DNA of 64,000 bases, taken from an uncultured Gammaproteobacteria bacterium. Lineage in GTDB: Bacteria > Patescibacteriota > Microgenomatia > Levybacterales > GWA1-39-11. The stretch covers positions 331,060-395,059 of the forward strand of contig CAYRKM010000001.1 in NCBI GenBank assembly GCA_964425075.1, written 5' to 3'. Position numbers and translations under genes: made by a program. This document shows positions 37,211 to 48,185 of the stretch, piece after piece (the stretch's first letter is position 1; the number at the start of each line of letters is the position of its first letter). The notes below the pieces were generated by a model. That model was not told the DNA's origin and made no database searches. It was given only the letters and a program-made list of their open reading frames with translations.

Positions 37211-38329
37211 TTAGAGAGCTAGGAAGAAGAGGCCGGCAACTATCACAAGAACGATTCCTCCAACCACAGTAAGCGTTGAGGTGATTCCTCCTGGGCTATC
37301 AATTGCCTGAGTCGGTTGGGGTGCAGTTGTCGGTGTTGTCCCTGAATCCCCTCCTGTTGATGGTGGAGTTGTAGATCCGCCAGATCCAGAACTTCCACCG
37401 CCAAGTGCGATAGTTGTAGTACAAGAATTACTAATCGCTCCGCCATTGTCAGTAAATGTAACGCTTGGAGCAAAACTACCACCGGCTGTGAAGGTGTGAG
37501 ACAACTCTGAAGTAACCTGAGCAGTTCCCATGCCAGTTGTTGCGTCCTGCACTGTTCCATCGCCAAAGTTAAAAGTAGCTTTTTGGATGGTTCCATCAGG
37601 GTCATTTCCTGTAGCTGTAAAGGTAAGTGCCACGGGGGCTGATCCTGAAGCAGTTGTTGAGGTAAGATTTGAGCAGGCCGGAGAAACGTTGGCTGTTGTT
37701 GTTGGAGTTGGAGTAGTTGGAGCTTGAGTTGGAGAAACAGTAACTGAAGGGGAAGGTGAGGCTCCAGTACAAGCACCTGCGGTTATGGCAATTTGTAATG
37801 GGCTTGAGCCTGCAGCATTAAATACATTTTCTCCTTCTCCGTCAGCCAAAGAGCGAACCTCGGTGCCTACAGAATCGATATTGATTTTTGCAGGAGTCCC
37901 ATCAGTTGGAGTTAGTGGCTTAATAGTAAGGGTACCAACTGTTGCCGTTGAGGTAATTGCCTTAGTTACATCCGCCCCAATTGTTAAAGTTGTCTTAAGG
38001 CTTCCATTTGTAATATCAGGACCGCTTAAGACTTGAGGAAATGTTGTAAGGTTGGGGGTAAATTCTACATTAAATTTGGTCGCGTCCCACGAAAGTTGTA
38101 GTTTTACGGTTGCAACTACATTTTGGCCAGGGTTAAGAACTAAATTGGTGGTGACATTACTACATTGGTCAGTTTGAAGACTAGGAGGATTAAAAGATAA
38201 TGTTGTTGTGGGAGCAGCACTTCCACGAGTAGAGGTTTGGTTCCTTATTATAAAAAGGGTAACGGGAATAATAATAAGGATAAATGCAAGATTTCCTAGG
38301 AGAAAATATTTATTTTTTAATATATTCAT
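37211..38329 (-). CDS. Surface protein: N-terminal TM, cohesin-like domain, PKD domain, Ser/Thr/Pro stalks, C-terminal TM
   Basis: LSFNP...LSWDATKF (cohesin-like); GSAPVALTF, DPDG, FNFGDG, SHTF (PKD). Confidence 0.78.
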   Translation of the reverse strand: MNILKNKYFLLGNLAFILIIIPVTLFIIRNQTSTRGSAAPTTTLSFNPPSLQTDQCSNVTTNLVLNPGQNVVATVKLQLSWDATKFNVEFTPNLTTFPQVLSGPDITNGSLKTTLTIGADVTKAITSTATVGTLTIKPLTPTDGTPAKINIDSVGTEVRSLADGEGENVFNAAGSSPLQIAITAGACTGASPSPSVTVSPTQAPTTPTPTTTANVSPACSNLTSTTASGSAPVALTFTATGNDPDGTIQKATFNFGDGTVQDATTGMGTAQVTSELSHTFTAGGSFAPSVTFTDNGGAISNSCTTTIALGGGSSGSGGSTTPPSTGGDSGTTPTTAPQPTQAIDSPGGITSTLTVVGGIVLVIVAGLFFLAL

Positions 38330-38432
38330 GTAAGTTAGCGTGCTATCACACCATACAATACCTGCAAGGCAGGGATGATACTAGCGTAGAAGATTTGAAA
38401 ACATTTTGCAAGCAATCTTTTTACGGTCATCT

Positions 38433-38459
38433 TTAGCAGACTACTTGACAAATTGATAA
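38433..38459 (+). promoter_or_regulatory. Degenerate CIRCE operator overlapping the groES -35 box
   Basis: TTAGCAGAC-N9(tacTTGACA)-AATTGATAA versus consensus TTAGCACTC-N9-GAGTGCTAA; hrcA is present in the window. Confidence 0.65.
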
Positions 38460-38490
38460 CACGTATAGTATAAATTGAATCTGAGTTTAG

Positions 38491-38590
38491 TATACCGACA
38501 ACTCTTGTTCAAATGCCCAACTGGCCATTTGAACTGAGACTCTCGGTATATTTCTCGCTCAAGGACTTAAATTTATAAGGCTCGAAATAT
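38491..38590 (+). promoter_or_regulatory. Structured leader of groES, shared with dnaJ
   Basis: 60-nt hairpin TATACCGA..GTTCAAATG..CATTTGAAC..TCGGTATA plus tail ttctcgctcaaggactta..gctcgaaatat; 57/60 identical to 63126-63185. Confidence 0.8.
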
Positions 38591-38606
38591 AAATTGGTTC
38601 TGTAAT

Positions 38607-38918
38607 ATGAACAAACAGGCAAAAAATCCAACAATAAAACCACTTTTTTCTAATGTATTAATAAAACCTGTTGAGGCTGAGGAGAGAACCGCTTCAGGAA
38701 TTATTCTCCCAGATAGCGCTAAGGAAAAACCACAGATTGGTCTTGTTATGGCGATTGGTGAGGGTGAATTAGATGATGGGGAGATAGTAAAAAATTCAAT
38801 GCATGTAAAAGTGGGAGATACAGTAATGTACAAAAAATGGGGCGGAAATGAAGTAAAAGTTGGAAATGAAGAATGGACAATAGTTGAGCAGAAAGATATT
38901 CTGGCCATCGTTTCATAA
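38607..38918 (+). CDS. groES: Co-chaperonin GroES
   Basis: IKPL..NVLIKP, TASGIILPDSAKEKPQ, VKVGD.V, DILA. Confidence 0.96.
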   Translation: MNKQAKNPTIKPLFSNVLIKPVEAEERTASGIILPDSAKEKPQIGLVMAIGEGELDDGEIVKNSMHVKVGDTVMYKKWGGNEVKVGNEEWTIVEQKDILAIVS

Positions 38919-38926
38919 ACGATGAA

Positions 38927-40702
<1,776 letters not shown>

Positions 40703-40709
40703 ATTAGCT

Positions 40710-40827
40710 TCTAGTATCTAGTGTTTAGTTTCAAATTATTTAATTCTCAGATTTTCAATTCCCAATAGATTTTGAGTTCTTATTACCTTAAACTAATAGC
40801 TAATTACTAACATCTAGTAACTAATCC
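40710..40827. repeat. Inverted heptamer arrays between groEL and tatD
   Basis: ctagtat ctagtgt ttagttt ... actaata gctaatt actaaca tctagta actaatc. Confidence 0.6.
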
Positions 40828-40828
40828 T

Positions 40829-41647
40829 ATGATTGATGCGCATTGTCACATGCAGTTTGAGAAGTTTGGGGAAGACTCAGATAGCGTTATTAAAGACGCC
40901 TTTGCAAATGGACTTACTCATTTGGTAAATACTGGAACCTCAATTGATTCTTCAAAGAAAGCGATAGCGCTTGCTGAAAAATATGACAATACGTATGCGA
41001 TTGTCGGAATTCATCCACATCATGCTGATAAGAGTGACGTAAAATACGAAGGTTTGATGCCAGAAGATTGGTTAATACAGCTTGAGGAATTAGCAAAAAA
41101 CCCCAAAGTTATAGGAATTGGTGAGGTGGGGATGGATTATTGGAATTACAGGACAAATGGAATAGTCCCAAAGGACTTACAAGAAGACGCTTTCCGCAAA
41201 CAAATTGAACTATCAATTAAGTTAGGTTTACCTCTGCAAATTCATACTCGTCTTGCATGGGATGACACATTAAGTATTTTATCTGATTACAAAGCAAGGC
41301 TTAAAAATCCTCCCGGAATGTTTCATTGTTTTTCAGGAGATATAAATTTTGCAAGGAAGGTTTTGGAAATGGGGTTTTATGTTGGGTTTGACGGAAATAT
41401 AACCTATGGAGGAATTCCTCCAGGAGAGTCAACATCATTACAAGATTTGGTGGATTTTGTTCCAGTGGACAGAATTTTGACCGAGACAGATGCGCCTTTT
41501 CTCTCACCAGTTCCTCTTCGAGGAACTAGAAACGAGCCAAAAAACATAAAGATAATTCTTGAATTTATTGCACAACGAAAGGGGATTTCATATAATACAC
41601 TTGAAGCTCAGGTTGAGCGTAATTTCCGTGCCGTTTTTTCAATTTAA
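40829..41647 (+). CDS. tatD: TatD family DNase
   Basis: IDAHCH, GIHPH, IGEVGMDY, IHTR, HCFSG, ETDAPFL, RNEP. Confidence 0.94.
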   Translation: MIDAHCHMQFEKFGEDSDSVIKDAFANGLTHLVNTGTSIDSSKKAIALAEKYDNTYAIVGIHPHHADKSDVKYEGLMPEDWLIQLEELAKNPKVIGIGEVGMDYWNYRTNGIVPKDLQEDAFRKQIELSIKLGLPLQIHTRLAWDDTLSILSDYKARLKNPPGMFHCFSGDINFARKVLEMGFYVGFDGNITYGGIPPGESTSLQDLVDFVPVDRILTETDAPFLSPVPLRGTRNEPKNIKIILEFIAQRKGISYNTLEAQVERNFRAVFSI

Positions 41648-41660
41648 TATTTAATTGCCC

Positions 41661-43160
41661 ATGCACTTACTTTTTGAGAAACTTTTTACCCGCTACCCTA
41701 TAAAAACCAGGCGTGCTTTAGAAATATTGCCTCCATTTATAGCATTTTTTCTAATAACCCTTCCAATTTGGGGAGCATATTTTTTCCCATTTTCAATGGC
41801 AATCTTTATCATTTTCTTTGATGTCTACTGGTTTTATAAATCAGTTAATTTGGTTGTAAATTCATATATTGCTTCCCGAAAAATAAAAGCAGCAGAGAGA
41901 ACCGATTGGCTTTCAAAAGCAAAACTTCACAACGATTTTTCGAAGGTAACGCATCTTATTATTATTCCTAGTTATAAGGAAAGTTATGAAAAAATATCAG
42001 AAACAATTGAGAGCATTAAGTCCCAAACTTTACCATTAAAACAACTCTATGTTTATCTAGCGCTTGAGGCAAGGGAGGAAAATGTAGGGTTAAAAGCCGA
42101 GAAATTAAAAAAGGAATTTGGAAATCATTTTGGTGGTTTTAGTTATACATTGCATCCCGATCTTCCAGACGAAGTAAAAGGAAAGTCGTCAAACCAAGCA
42201 TATGCTGCGTCGGACGCCTACAAAAAATTAATCAAAAAAGGAGGAGTGGATATTAACTTTATGACGGTAACTTCATGTGACGCGGATGTTATTTTTGACA
42301 AACAATTTTACGCATACCTTACCTACTCATTTCTTACGGTTCCTGACCCTCACTATACCTTTTGGCAGTCTGCAAATGTGACATATAATAATTTTTGGCA
42401 GGTTCCCTCATTTACTCGGGTCATTTCTTTTTTTGGAGGTCTTTGGAGGACGTCAGTTCTTGTACAGCATGCGCGTCTTGTTCCAAATTCAGTTTATACA
42501 CTCCCCTTTAAATTATTGATGGATATAGGAAATTGGGATACGGACGTAATTCCTGAAGACTATCGTATTTTCTTTAAGGCATTTTTTAGAACCAAAGGAA
42601 GGGTAACAGTTGAGCCAATATTTCTTAAAACCTCGATGGATGCTGCCCAATCTCAGTCTTACGTAAGAAGTCTTATGAATAAATACCATCAAGAAAGACG
42701 TTGGTCATGGGGAGTGGCAGATGACGCTACTTATGTTAAGTGGTACTTAACCGTAAAGGGAGTTCCATTTTGGAGGAAAACAATGCTGGTATCAAATGTA
42801 TTATTAGATCATATTCTTTGGCCAGTTAATTGGTTTATTATCACAATTTCTGCAAATTTAGTGGCGTATGTAAATCCTGTTTTTACAAGAACAGCGCTTG
42901 GATATTCACTTCCGCAAATTTCGGCATTTATATTAACGCTTTGTATCGTTTCTCTTCTTGCAATGATTTATGTTGATTATACTTTGGGACCAAAAAAGGA
43001 CCATGCGAAACATTCAAGGCTCAGACGATTTCTATTTCCCATTGAATTTCTTTTCATGCCTGTTGGGGGATTTTTCTTGTCAGCGCTCCCGGCTTTGATT
43101 TCTCACATTCAATTAATTAGTGGAAAGAGATTGGAATATAAGGTAACTGATAAGGTTTAA
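41661..43160 (+). CDS. Membrane-bound GT2 family glycosyltransferase
   Basis: IIPSYKE, KGKSSN, SCDAD, IPED, QERRWSWG (QxxRW); TMs at both ends. Confidence 0.88.
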   Translation: MHLLFEKLFTRYPIKTRRALEILPPFIAFFLITLPIWGAYFFPFSMAIFIIFFDVYWFYKSVNLVVNSYIASRKIKAAERTDWLSKAKLHNDFSKVTHLIIIPSYKESYEKISETIESIKSQTLPLKQLYVYLALEAREENVGLKAEKLKKEFGNHFGGFSYTLHPDLPDEVKGKSSNQAYAASDAYKKLIKKGGVDINFMTVTSCDADVIFDKQFYAYLTYSFLTVPDPHYTFWQSANVTYNNFWQVPSFTRVISFFGGLWRTSVLVQHARLVPNSVYTLPFKLLMDIGNWDTDVIPEDYRIFFKAFFRTKGRVTVEPIFLKTSMDAAQSQSYVRSLMNKYHQERRWSWGVADDATYVKWYLTVKGVPFWRKTMLVSNVLLDHILWPVNWFIITISANLVAYVNPVFTRTALGYSLPQISAFILTLCIVSLLAMIYVDYTLGPKKDHAKHSRLRRFLFPIEFLFMPVGGFFLSALPALISHIQLISGKRLEYKVTDKV

Positions 43161-43221
43161 TTTCAAGTGCTGTTACCTTGCGTCCTGCAAAGCAGGCCTA
43201 AAAGTAACAGACAAAGTTTAG
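43140..43221 (+). repeat. Synonymously recoded duplicate of the GT2 3' end around a hairpin
   Basis: AAG GTA ACT GAT AAG GTT TAA (43140-43160) and AAA GTA ACA GAC AAA GTT TAG (43201-43221) both read KVTDKV*. Confidence 0.85.
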
Positions 43222-43222
43222 A

Positions 43223-44698
43223 ATGAATAACTTCTTGGCTAATGGTATTCAAATTATTCAAAAAAAACCGGTTGCGGTATTCTTGGTTGGAATTTCGTTG
43301 ATGTTTTTCTTTCTTAGACTACCTTCTCTGATAGAGCCAAATTGGTATGGGGATGAAGGGATTTACCAGGTAATAGGAAAAGTATTACACGATGGGGGCC
43401 TTTTATATAGGGATACGTGGGACAACAAACCTCCATTATTATATCTTCTATACGCCATTTTTAATGGTAATTTACTTTGGGTAAAACTTGCCTCTCTTAT
43501 AACCGGTACGGCAAGCGCAATGATCTTTTTTGTAATTTCAAAACGATTATTTAAAGGTTCAATTCCCTATATTGTGACTTTTTTATACACACTTCTTTTT
43601 GCAACTCCAGTTCTTGAAGGAAACATAGCAAATGCTGAAAATTTCATGATGTTGCCTACCCTAATCTCGTTTTATTTCCTGCTTTCATATTTGAAAACAC
43701 GAAAAAATAATTTCTTGGTTTTTGCAGGATTTTTACTTTCAATTTCATTCCTTTTTAAGATAGTCGCCTTTTTTGATTTTTTGGCGTTTCTAACTTTTCT
43801 GGTGCTTTTGAATTGGGAGAAAATTTATAAGAGTTCTCGAATTGTCGTAAAAAATTTGTTCCCTGAAGCTATTTTTTCTGTAAGCTTTGTCTCTCTGTTT
43901 TTTATTTCTGCTGCGTTTTTTATTTTAAAGGATGCTTTCAAGCCTTTTTATAGTGCTGTATTTGGAGATAATATTGGATATGTAGGATTTGAAAATTCCC
44001 TGGTGTTTCCTATGGGAATTCTTATCTTTAAGTCCATACTTTTGGTTGGAGTAATTTTCTACCTTTTCCTTAAAAGAAATAAACTCTTGCCAATTTCATT
44101 ACTTTTATATATATGGTTAGCTTTTAGTCTTTATAACGCATTCTTCTCGCACAGAGCCTACACTCATTACCTTTTGGTTTTACTGCCCGTATTCTGTCTT
44201 CTTATTGGGCATATGATGTCCTATCGCAAAACTCGACTGCTAGACGTAGGGCTTATGGTTGCAATTATTGCAAGTGCGACAATGCATTTCACTCTTTATA
44301 AATATACCTATCCTTATTACAAAAATTATTTTGAATTTATCTCAGGCAGGATTGATATTACTGCATATCAATTATTCTTCGACAGAAATACTCCTCGGGA
44401 TTATGAAATTGCAAGCTTTATTAGATTAAATTCTAGCGGTGAGGATAAAATATTTTTGTGGTCTGATAGTGCTCAAATATATACTTTATCCAATACGATG
44501 CCAATCGGAAGGTATATAGTTGCATACCATATAACATTTTATCCTGATGCAATTGAGGAGACAAAAAAGAATATAGAAAAATATAAGCCTCGTTTTATTG
44601 TTCAAACTGCTGATTATCCTCAAATAAGGAATTTCTTGTCTTCATACGACTTACGGTATAGAATTCAAGGTGTAACAATATATGAAAGAGAAATTTAA
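43223..44698 (+). CDS. GT-C glycosyltransferase (ArnT/PMT_2-like)
   Basis: WYGDEGIY, LYRDTWDNKPP, ANAENF, YTHYLL; polytopic. Confidence 0.82.
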   Translation: MNNFLANGIQIIQKKPVAVFLVGISLMFFFLRLPSLIEPNWYGDEGIYQVIGKVLHDGGLLYRDTWDNKPPLLYLLYAIFNGNLLWVKLASLITGTASAMIFFVISKRLFKGSIPYIVTFLYTLLFATPVLEGNIANAENFMMLPTLISFYFLLSYLKTRKNNFLVFAGFLLSISFLFKIVAFFDFLAFLTFLVLLNWEKIYKSSRIVVKNLFPEAIFSVSFVSLFFISAAFFILKDAFKPFYSAVFGDNIGYVGFENSLVFPMGILIFKSILLVGVIFYLFLKRNKLLPISLLLYIWLAFSLYNAFFSHRAYTHYLLVLLPVFCLLIGHMMSYRKTRLLDVGLMVAIIASATMHFTLYKYTYPYYKNYFEFISGRIDITAYQLFFDRNTPRDYEIASFIRLNSSGEDKIFLWSDSAQIYTLSNTMPIGRYIVAYHITFYPDAIEETKKNIEKYKPRFIVQTADYPQIRNFLSSYDLRYRIQGVTIYEREI

Positions 44699-45035
44699 GC
44701 CGCTTGTAACTGATCAATTTACACGCATCTCACTTTTACTAAGTCTTTTATTTATTATTCCACTTATCATACTTATATTTTTTACATTTTCAAAACTTCC
44801 ACCCTACATACCATTTTTTAATAGTATGCCTTGGGGAGAGGAAAGATTATTCTCGTCAAAAATTGCAATTTTTCTTCCGGCAATATTATTGGTAGTATTT
44901 ACTATGAATGTTTTCCAAGCTGTATACGTTTACAAGAGATATGCATTGGTTGCAAGAATTGTAATGTTTAATTCATTTCTGTTTTTATTGTTAAGCCTAC
45001 TTGCTTATTTGCAGATATTATTTTTGTCATATTAA
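44682..45035 (+). CDS. Small three-TM membrane protein
   Basis: KLPPYIPFFNSMPWGEERL between TMs; overlaps upstream stop. Confidence 0.7.
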   Translation: MKEKFKPLVTDQFTRISLLLSLLFIIPLIILIFFTFSKLPPYIPFFNSMPWGEERLFSSKIAIFLPAILLVVFTMNVFQAVYVYKRYALVARIVMFNSFLFLLLSLLAYLQILFLSY

Positions 45036-45036
45036 T

Positions 45037-46095
45037 ATGTGGATACAACTTTTTAGCTTGGGATTGACGGCGCTTGTTGTTACTGCAATTTCGGTACCAT
45101 TCGTAATAAAGTTTGCAAAAAAAGTCCATTTAATGGATGACCCAAAAACTCATAAGCATCCTGCAATTCTTCACACAAAACCTATTCCACGAGCCGGAGG
45201 TCTTGCCTTGTTTATCGGGATTGCTGTGACATCACTTATTTTCCTTCCTCTTGATTCTTTTCTGAGAACGGTTTTGATAGGTAGCTTACTTGTTGTTTTT
45301 ACAGGGATTTTGGATGATAAATTCGATCTTTCTCCATATCTTCGTTTTTTGCTAAATATTTTAGCTGCAGGGATTGCCGTATATGGTGGAGTGGAAATTC
45401 CTCTGATTACAAATCCACTGGGTGGAATTTTGCAATTCACAGGTTGGGAATTCCCGATTCTTAATCTTTTTGTTATTCAAATATCAGATGTTCTTGCAAT
45501 TATTTGGATTGTCTGGGTAATGAACATGTTGAATTGGAGTAAGGGAGTGGATGGACAACTTCCAGGTATTGCGGCAATTTCAGCTATTGTCATAGGAATT
45601 GCGTCTCTTCGGTTTGCAACACTTGATCAGGTTAATGTTACAGCCTCTCAACTATCCTTTATTGTGGCAGGAGCATCCTTAGGGTTTTTAATTTTCAATT
45701 TTTATCCTGCCAAAATTTTTCCAGGGTATAGTGCAACAATTTTAGGATATCTACTTGGAATACTTTCAATTACATCAGGAGTTAAATTGGCAACCGCTGT
45801 ACTTGTAATGGGAGTTCCAACAGTGGATGCGTTAATTACTATCACCAGAAGGCTTATATCAGGTAAATCTCCCTTCTGGCACGATAGGGGTCATCTTCAT
45901 CATTTATTATTAAATTACGGAATGGGACATAGAAGTATTGCTGTGTTTTATTGGTTAATGTCTTTGGTTTTGGGGGTTGTAGCATTAAGCGCATCAAGTA
46001 GAGGTAAAGTTTTTGCTATAATTCTAGTGGTGGTTGTTGTGACAGGGTTTATATTCATGTTAAGAATTGCGGGTAAACGCCAGGATTATGATTAA
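45037..46095 (+). CDS. WecA/TagO/MraY family polyprenyl-phosphate sugar-1-phosphate transferase
   Basis: H..PIPRAGG, GILDD, NMLNWSKGVDG, NFYPAKIF, DRGHLHH. Confidence 0.9.
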   Translation: MWIQLFSLGLTALVVTAISVPFVIKFAKKVHLMDDPKTHKHPAILHTKPIPRAGGLALFIGIAVTSLIFLPLDSFLRTVLIGSLLVVFTGILDDKFDLSPYLRFLLNILAAGIAVYGGVEIPLITNPLGGILQFTGWEFPILNLFVIQISDVLAIIWIVWVMNMLNWSKGVDGQLPGIAAISAIVIGIASLRFATLDQVNVTASQLSFIVAGASLGFLIFNFYPAKIFPGYSATILGYLLGILSITSGVKLATAVLVMGVPTVDALITITRRLISGKSPFWHDRGHLHHLLLNYGMGHRSIAVFYWLMSLVLGVVALSASSRGKVFAIILVVVVVTGFIFMLRIAGKRQDYD

Positions 46096-46151
46096 TGAAG
46101 TTAATTGCAAACTTTAAAGCGAGTAACAAAATTAGATTAGTGGTTCAATGA

Positions 46152-47096
46152 ATGATTAGTCACGGATATTATATTCTTAAATTATTACGTCCACGCCAGT
46201 GGATAAAAAATCTTGCGCTTTTCGCCGGAATTACATTTGCAGGCCAACTTTTTAGCGGTAATTTTTTCATCCAGGTTGTCGAAGGAGTTTTTGCTTTTTG
46301 TCTTCTTTCTTCTTCTACTTATATTTTTAACGACCTGGTTGATGTTCAGAAAGATAGACTTCATCCATTCAAAAGACTTCGACCTATCGCGTCTGGAAAA
46401 GTATCTGTTTCTGAGGCAGTTGTAATTCTTGTCGTTATTTTTATTGCTGCCTTATTCATATCATTTAGTATTAGTTGGATTTTTGGTTTAATCGCAATTT
46501 TGTATGTGATTCTCCAAATTCTTTATTCAACAGTATTTAAGTCAATTACAATTTTTGACATTCTTTTTATTGCAACTGGGTATATTTTAAGAATTCTTGC
46601 AGGTGAGGCAATTTCAAATTTTCACATTTCTGTTTGGTTACTTCTTACAACCATCTCACTTTCCCTATTTTTGGCGGTTGGCAAACGTCGCTCTGAGCTT
46701 ACGCTTCTCCAAAATCTAAAAGGTGCCAAAATTGATGAGGTTAGAAAAACGCTATCTCATTATTCTCAGGGTTTACTTGATTCTTTCTCAGTTATTTTTG
46801 CTACATCAACATTTGTGTTTTATGCAATGTTTACGTTCCTTGCAAATCCAAGAGGAATTACGATTGGGCTTGATTTTCTTCTTCCAGAATTTTTGCCTTA
46901 CTATTTAAATAGAAAGTGGTTGATGATAACAATTTTGCCAGTAATTTATGGGCTTATGCGATATCTTCAGGATATTTATGAGAAAAAAGAAGGAGAAAGT
47001 CCTGACAAGGTTTTGTTGTCAGACAAGCCTTTATTAGCCTCAGTTATTATTTGGGTATTTTTAGTAATGTTTGTAATTTATGTAGTTGGAGGTTAG
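46152..47096 (+). CDS. UbiA-family polyprenyl-phosphate phosphoribosyltransferase (DPPR synthase-like)
   Basis: LRPRQWIKN, YIFNDLVD...DRLHP.K..RPIASG, LFLAVGKRRSEL. Confidence 0.85.
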   Translation: MISHGYYILKLLRPRQWIKNLALFAGITFAGQLFSGNFFIQVVEGVFAFCLLSSSTYIFNDLVDVQKDRLHPFKRLRPIASGKVSVSEAVVILVVIFIAALFISFSISWIFGLIAILYVILQILYSTVFKSITIFDILFIATGYILRILAGEAISNFHISVWLLLTTISLSLFLAVGKRRSELTLLQNLKGAKIDEVRKTLSHYSQGLLDSFSVIFATSTFVFYAMFTFLANPRGITIGLDFLLPEFLPYYLNRKWLMITILPVIYGLMRYLQDIYEKKEGESPDKVLLSDKPLLASVIIWVFLVMFVIYVVGG

Positions 47097-47950
47097 TTTT
47101 TCTTTGCAAATTGGGTACTTATCCAACCAGTAGTATTCTCGTTCACTTGAATTTCGTACCATCCAGACTCTTCTTGTAAAAGGTCAAATGTTTTACCACT
47201 ATCTACCCTTGTAACTTCAGAGAAAGTTGTTCCAGCACCACTTCTTACTCTTAAGAATCCGTTGGGTGTATCAAGAATAGTGACTGTTTCTTTGGCGGTT
47301 GGTGTCGGAGAAATTCCCTCTATGGGTGTTGTTGATGGAGTAGGAGTGGTTGTTAATTCCTCACCTGTTCCCTCAGTTCCGAGAGTAGCGTTAACAATTA
47401 ACTTGTGCCCTTCAACAGTTCTAATTCGAATTGTTTTTTTGGCAAAACCTTGCTTTTGTATCTCAAGTTCGTGTTCTGAAACTGAAAGCTTATCGGTTGT
47501 AAAAGGTGTAGCTCCGCTTGCAACGCTATCAATTGTGACCATTGCTCCTTCTGGAATTGAAGTGACTATCAATTCCCCTTTTTGACTTTGCGACTTTTCA
47601 AGGGTTAGAACATATGAACTTGCAAGTGAGCCAGGGAGAAATGTTCTGTCAATTGCGGTTAATACACCACCATTTATTCGAATCCGTGCTGCGTATGCGG
47701 TGTAGGTCGTGTCATGGGGCTCAATTCTAATATCATATTCCCCAGACTGGAGTGTATCGTTTTGGTTGCATTTACAGAGTTGAGTGTCGCCTATCAAATT
47801 TCCATTTAGATAAACTCGACTTTTAATATTTGCAGTAACTTGTAGTGCCCCCCTCTCAACATTCTTGAATGAGAAAAGAACTCTTACAAAAAGAAAGAGA
47901 CCAGAAGCAACGAGTAGTATTGAAAGGCCAAATAGAAGCTTTCTTTTCAT
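47093..47950 (-). CDS. Membrane-anchored PEGA-domain protein with C-terminal SH3b
   Basis: LIVTSIPEGAMVTID...G.TP (PEGA); TP linker; FLRVRSG.G...WYEI......GWIS (SH3). Confidence 0.85.
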   Translation of the reverse strand: MKRKLLFGLSILLVASGLFLFVRVLFSFKNVERGALQVTANIKSRVYLNGNLIGDTQLCKCNQNDTLQSGEYDIRIEPHDTTYTAYAARIRINGGVLTAIDRTFLPGSLASSYVLTLEKSQSQKGELIVTSIPEGAMVTIDSVASGATPFTTDKLSVSEHELEIQKQGFAKKTIRIRTVEGHKLIVNATLGTEGTGEELTTTPTPSTTPIEGISPTPTAKETVTILDTPNGFLRVRSGAGTTFSEVTRVDSGKTFDLLQEESGWYEIQVNENTTGWISTQFAKKN

Positions 47951-47990
47951 AGCTTTTGAATATACATCATAATAGCAAAGATAGCCCCTC

Positions 47991-48025
47991 TTGACAAATT
48001 AGCACTCCCCATGCTAGACTGATAA
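47991..48025 (+). promoter_or_regulatory. hsp20 promoter with CIRCE operator
   Basis: TTGACA 47991; TTAGCACTC(47999)-N9-GACTGATAA; -10 TGcTAGACT inside the operator. Confidence 0.8.
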
Positions 48026-48185
48026 ATACTAAGAGGTTTGGGTACAAAAATGTCCACCAAATCTTACTTCAAGCCTTTCCAGTTCGATTTCGAACACGGT
48101 TTGAAGAGCGATTCAGGCGGATGCAAGAATCTCTAGGTTTCGATCTTGAGAATCTCAGCGAGAGATTCTAACGGAGGTGAAAAAT

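Noticed and set aside
46088-46162. Triplicated atgatta-like start before the UbiA gene
   Set aside because: Matches are only 7-9 AT-rich bases; too weak to count as a terminus duplication
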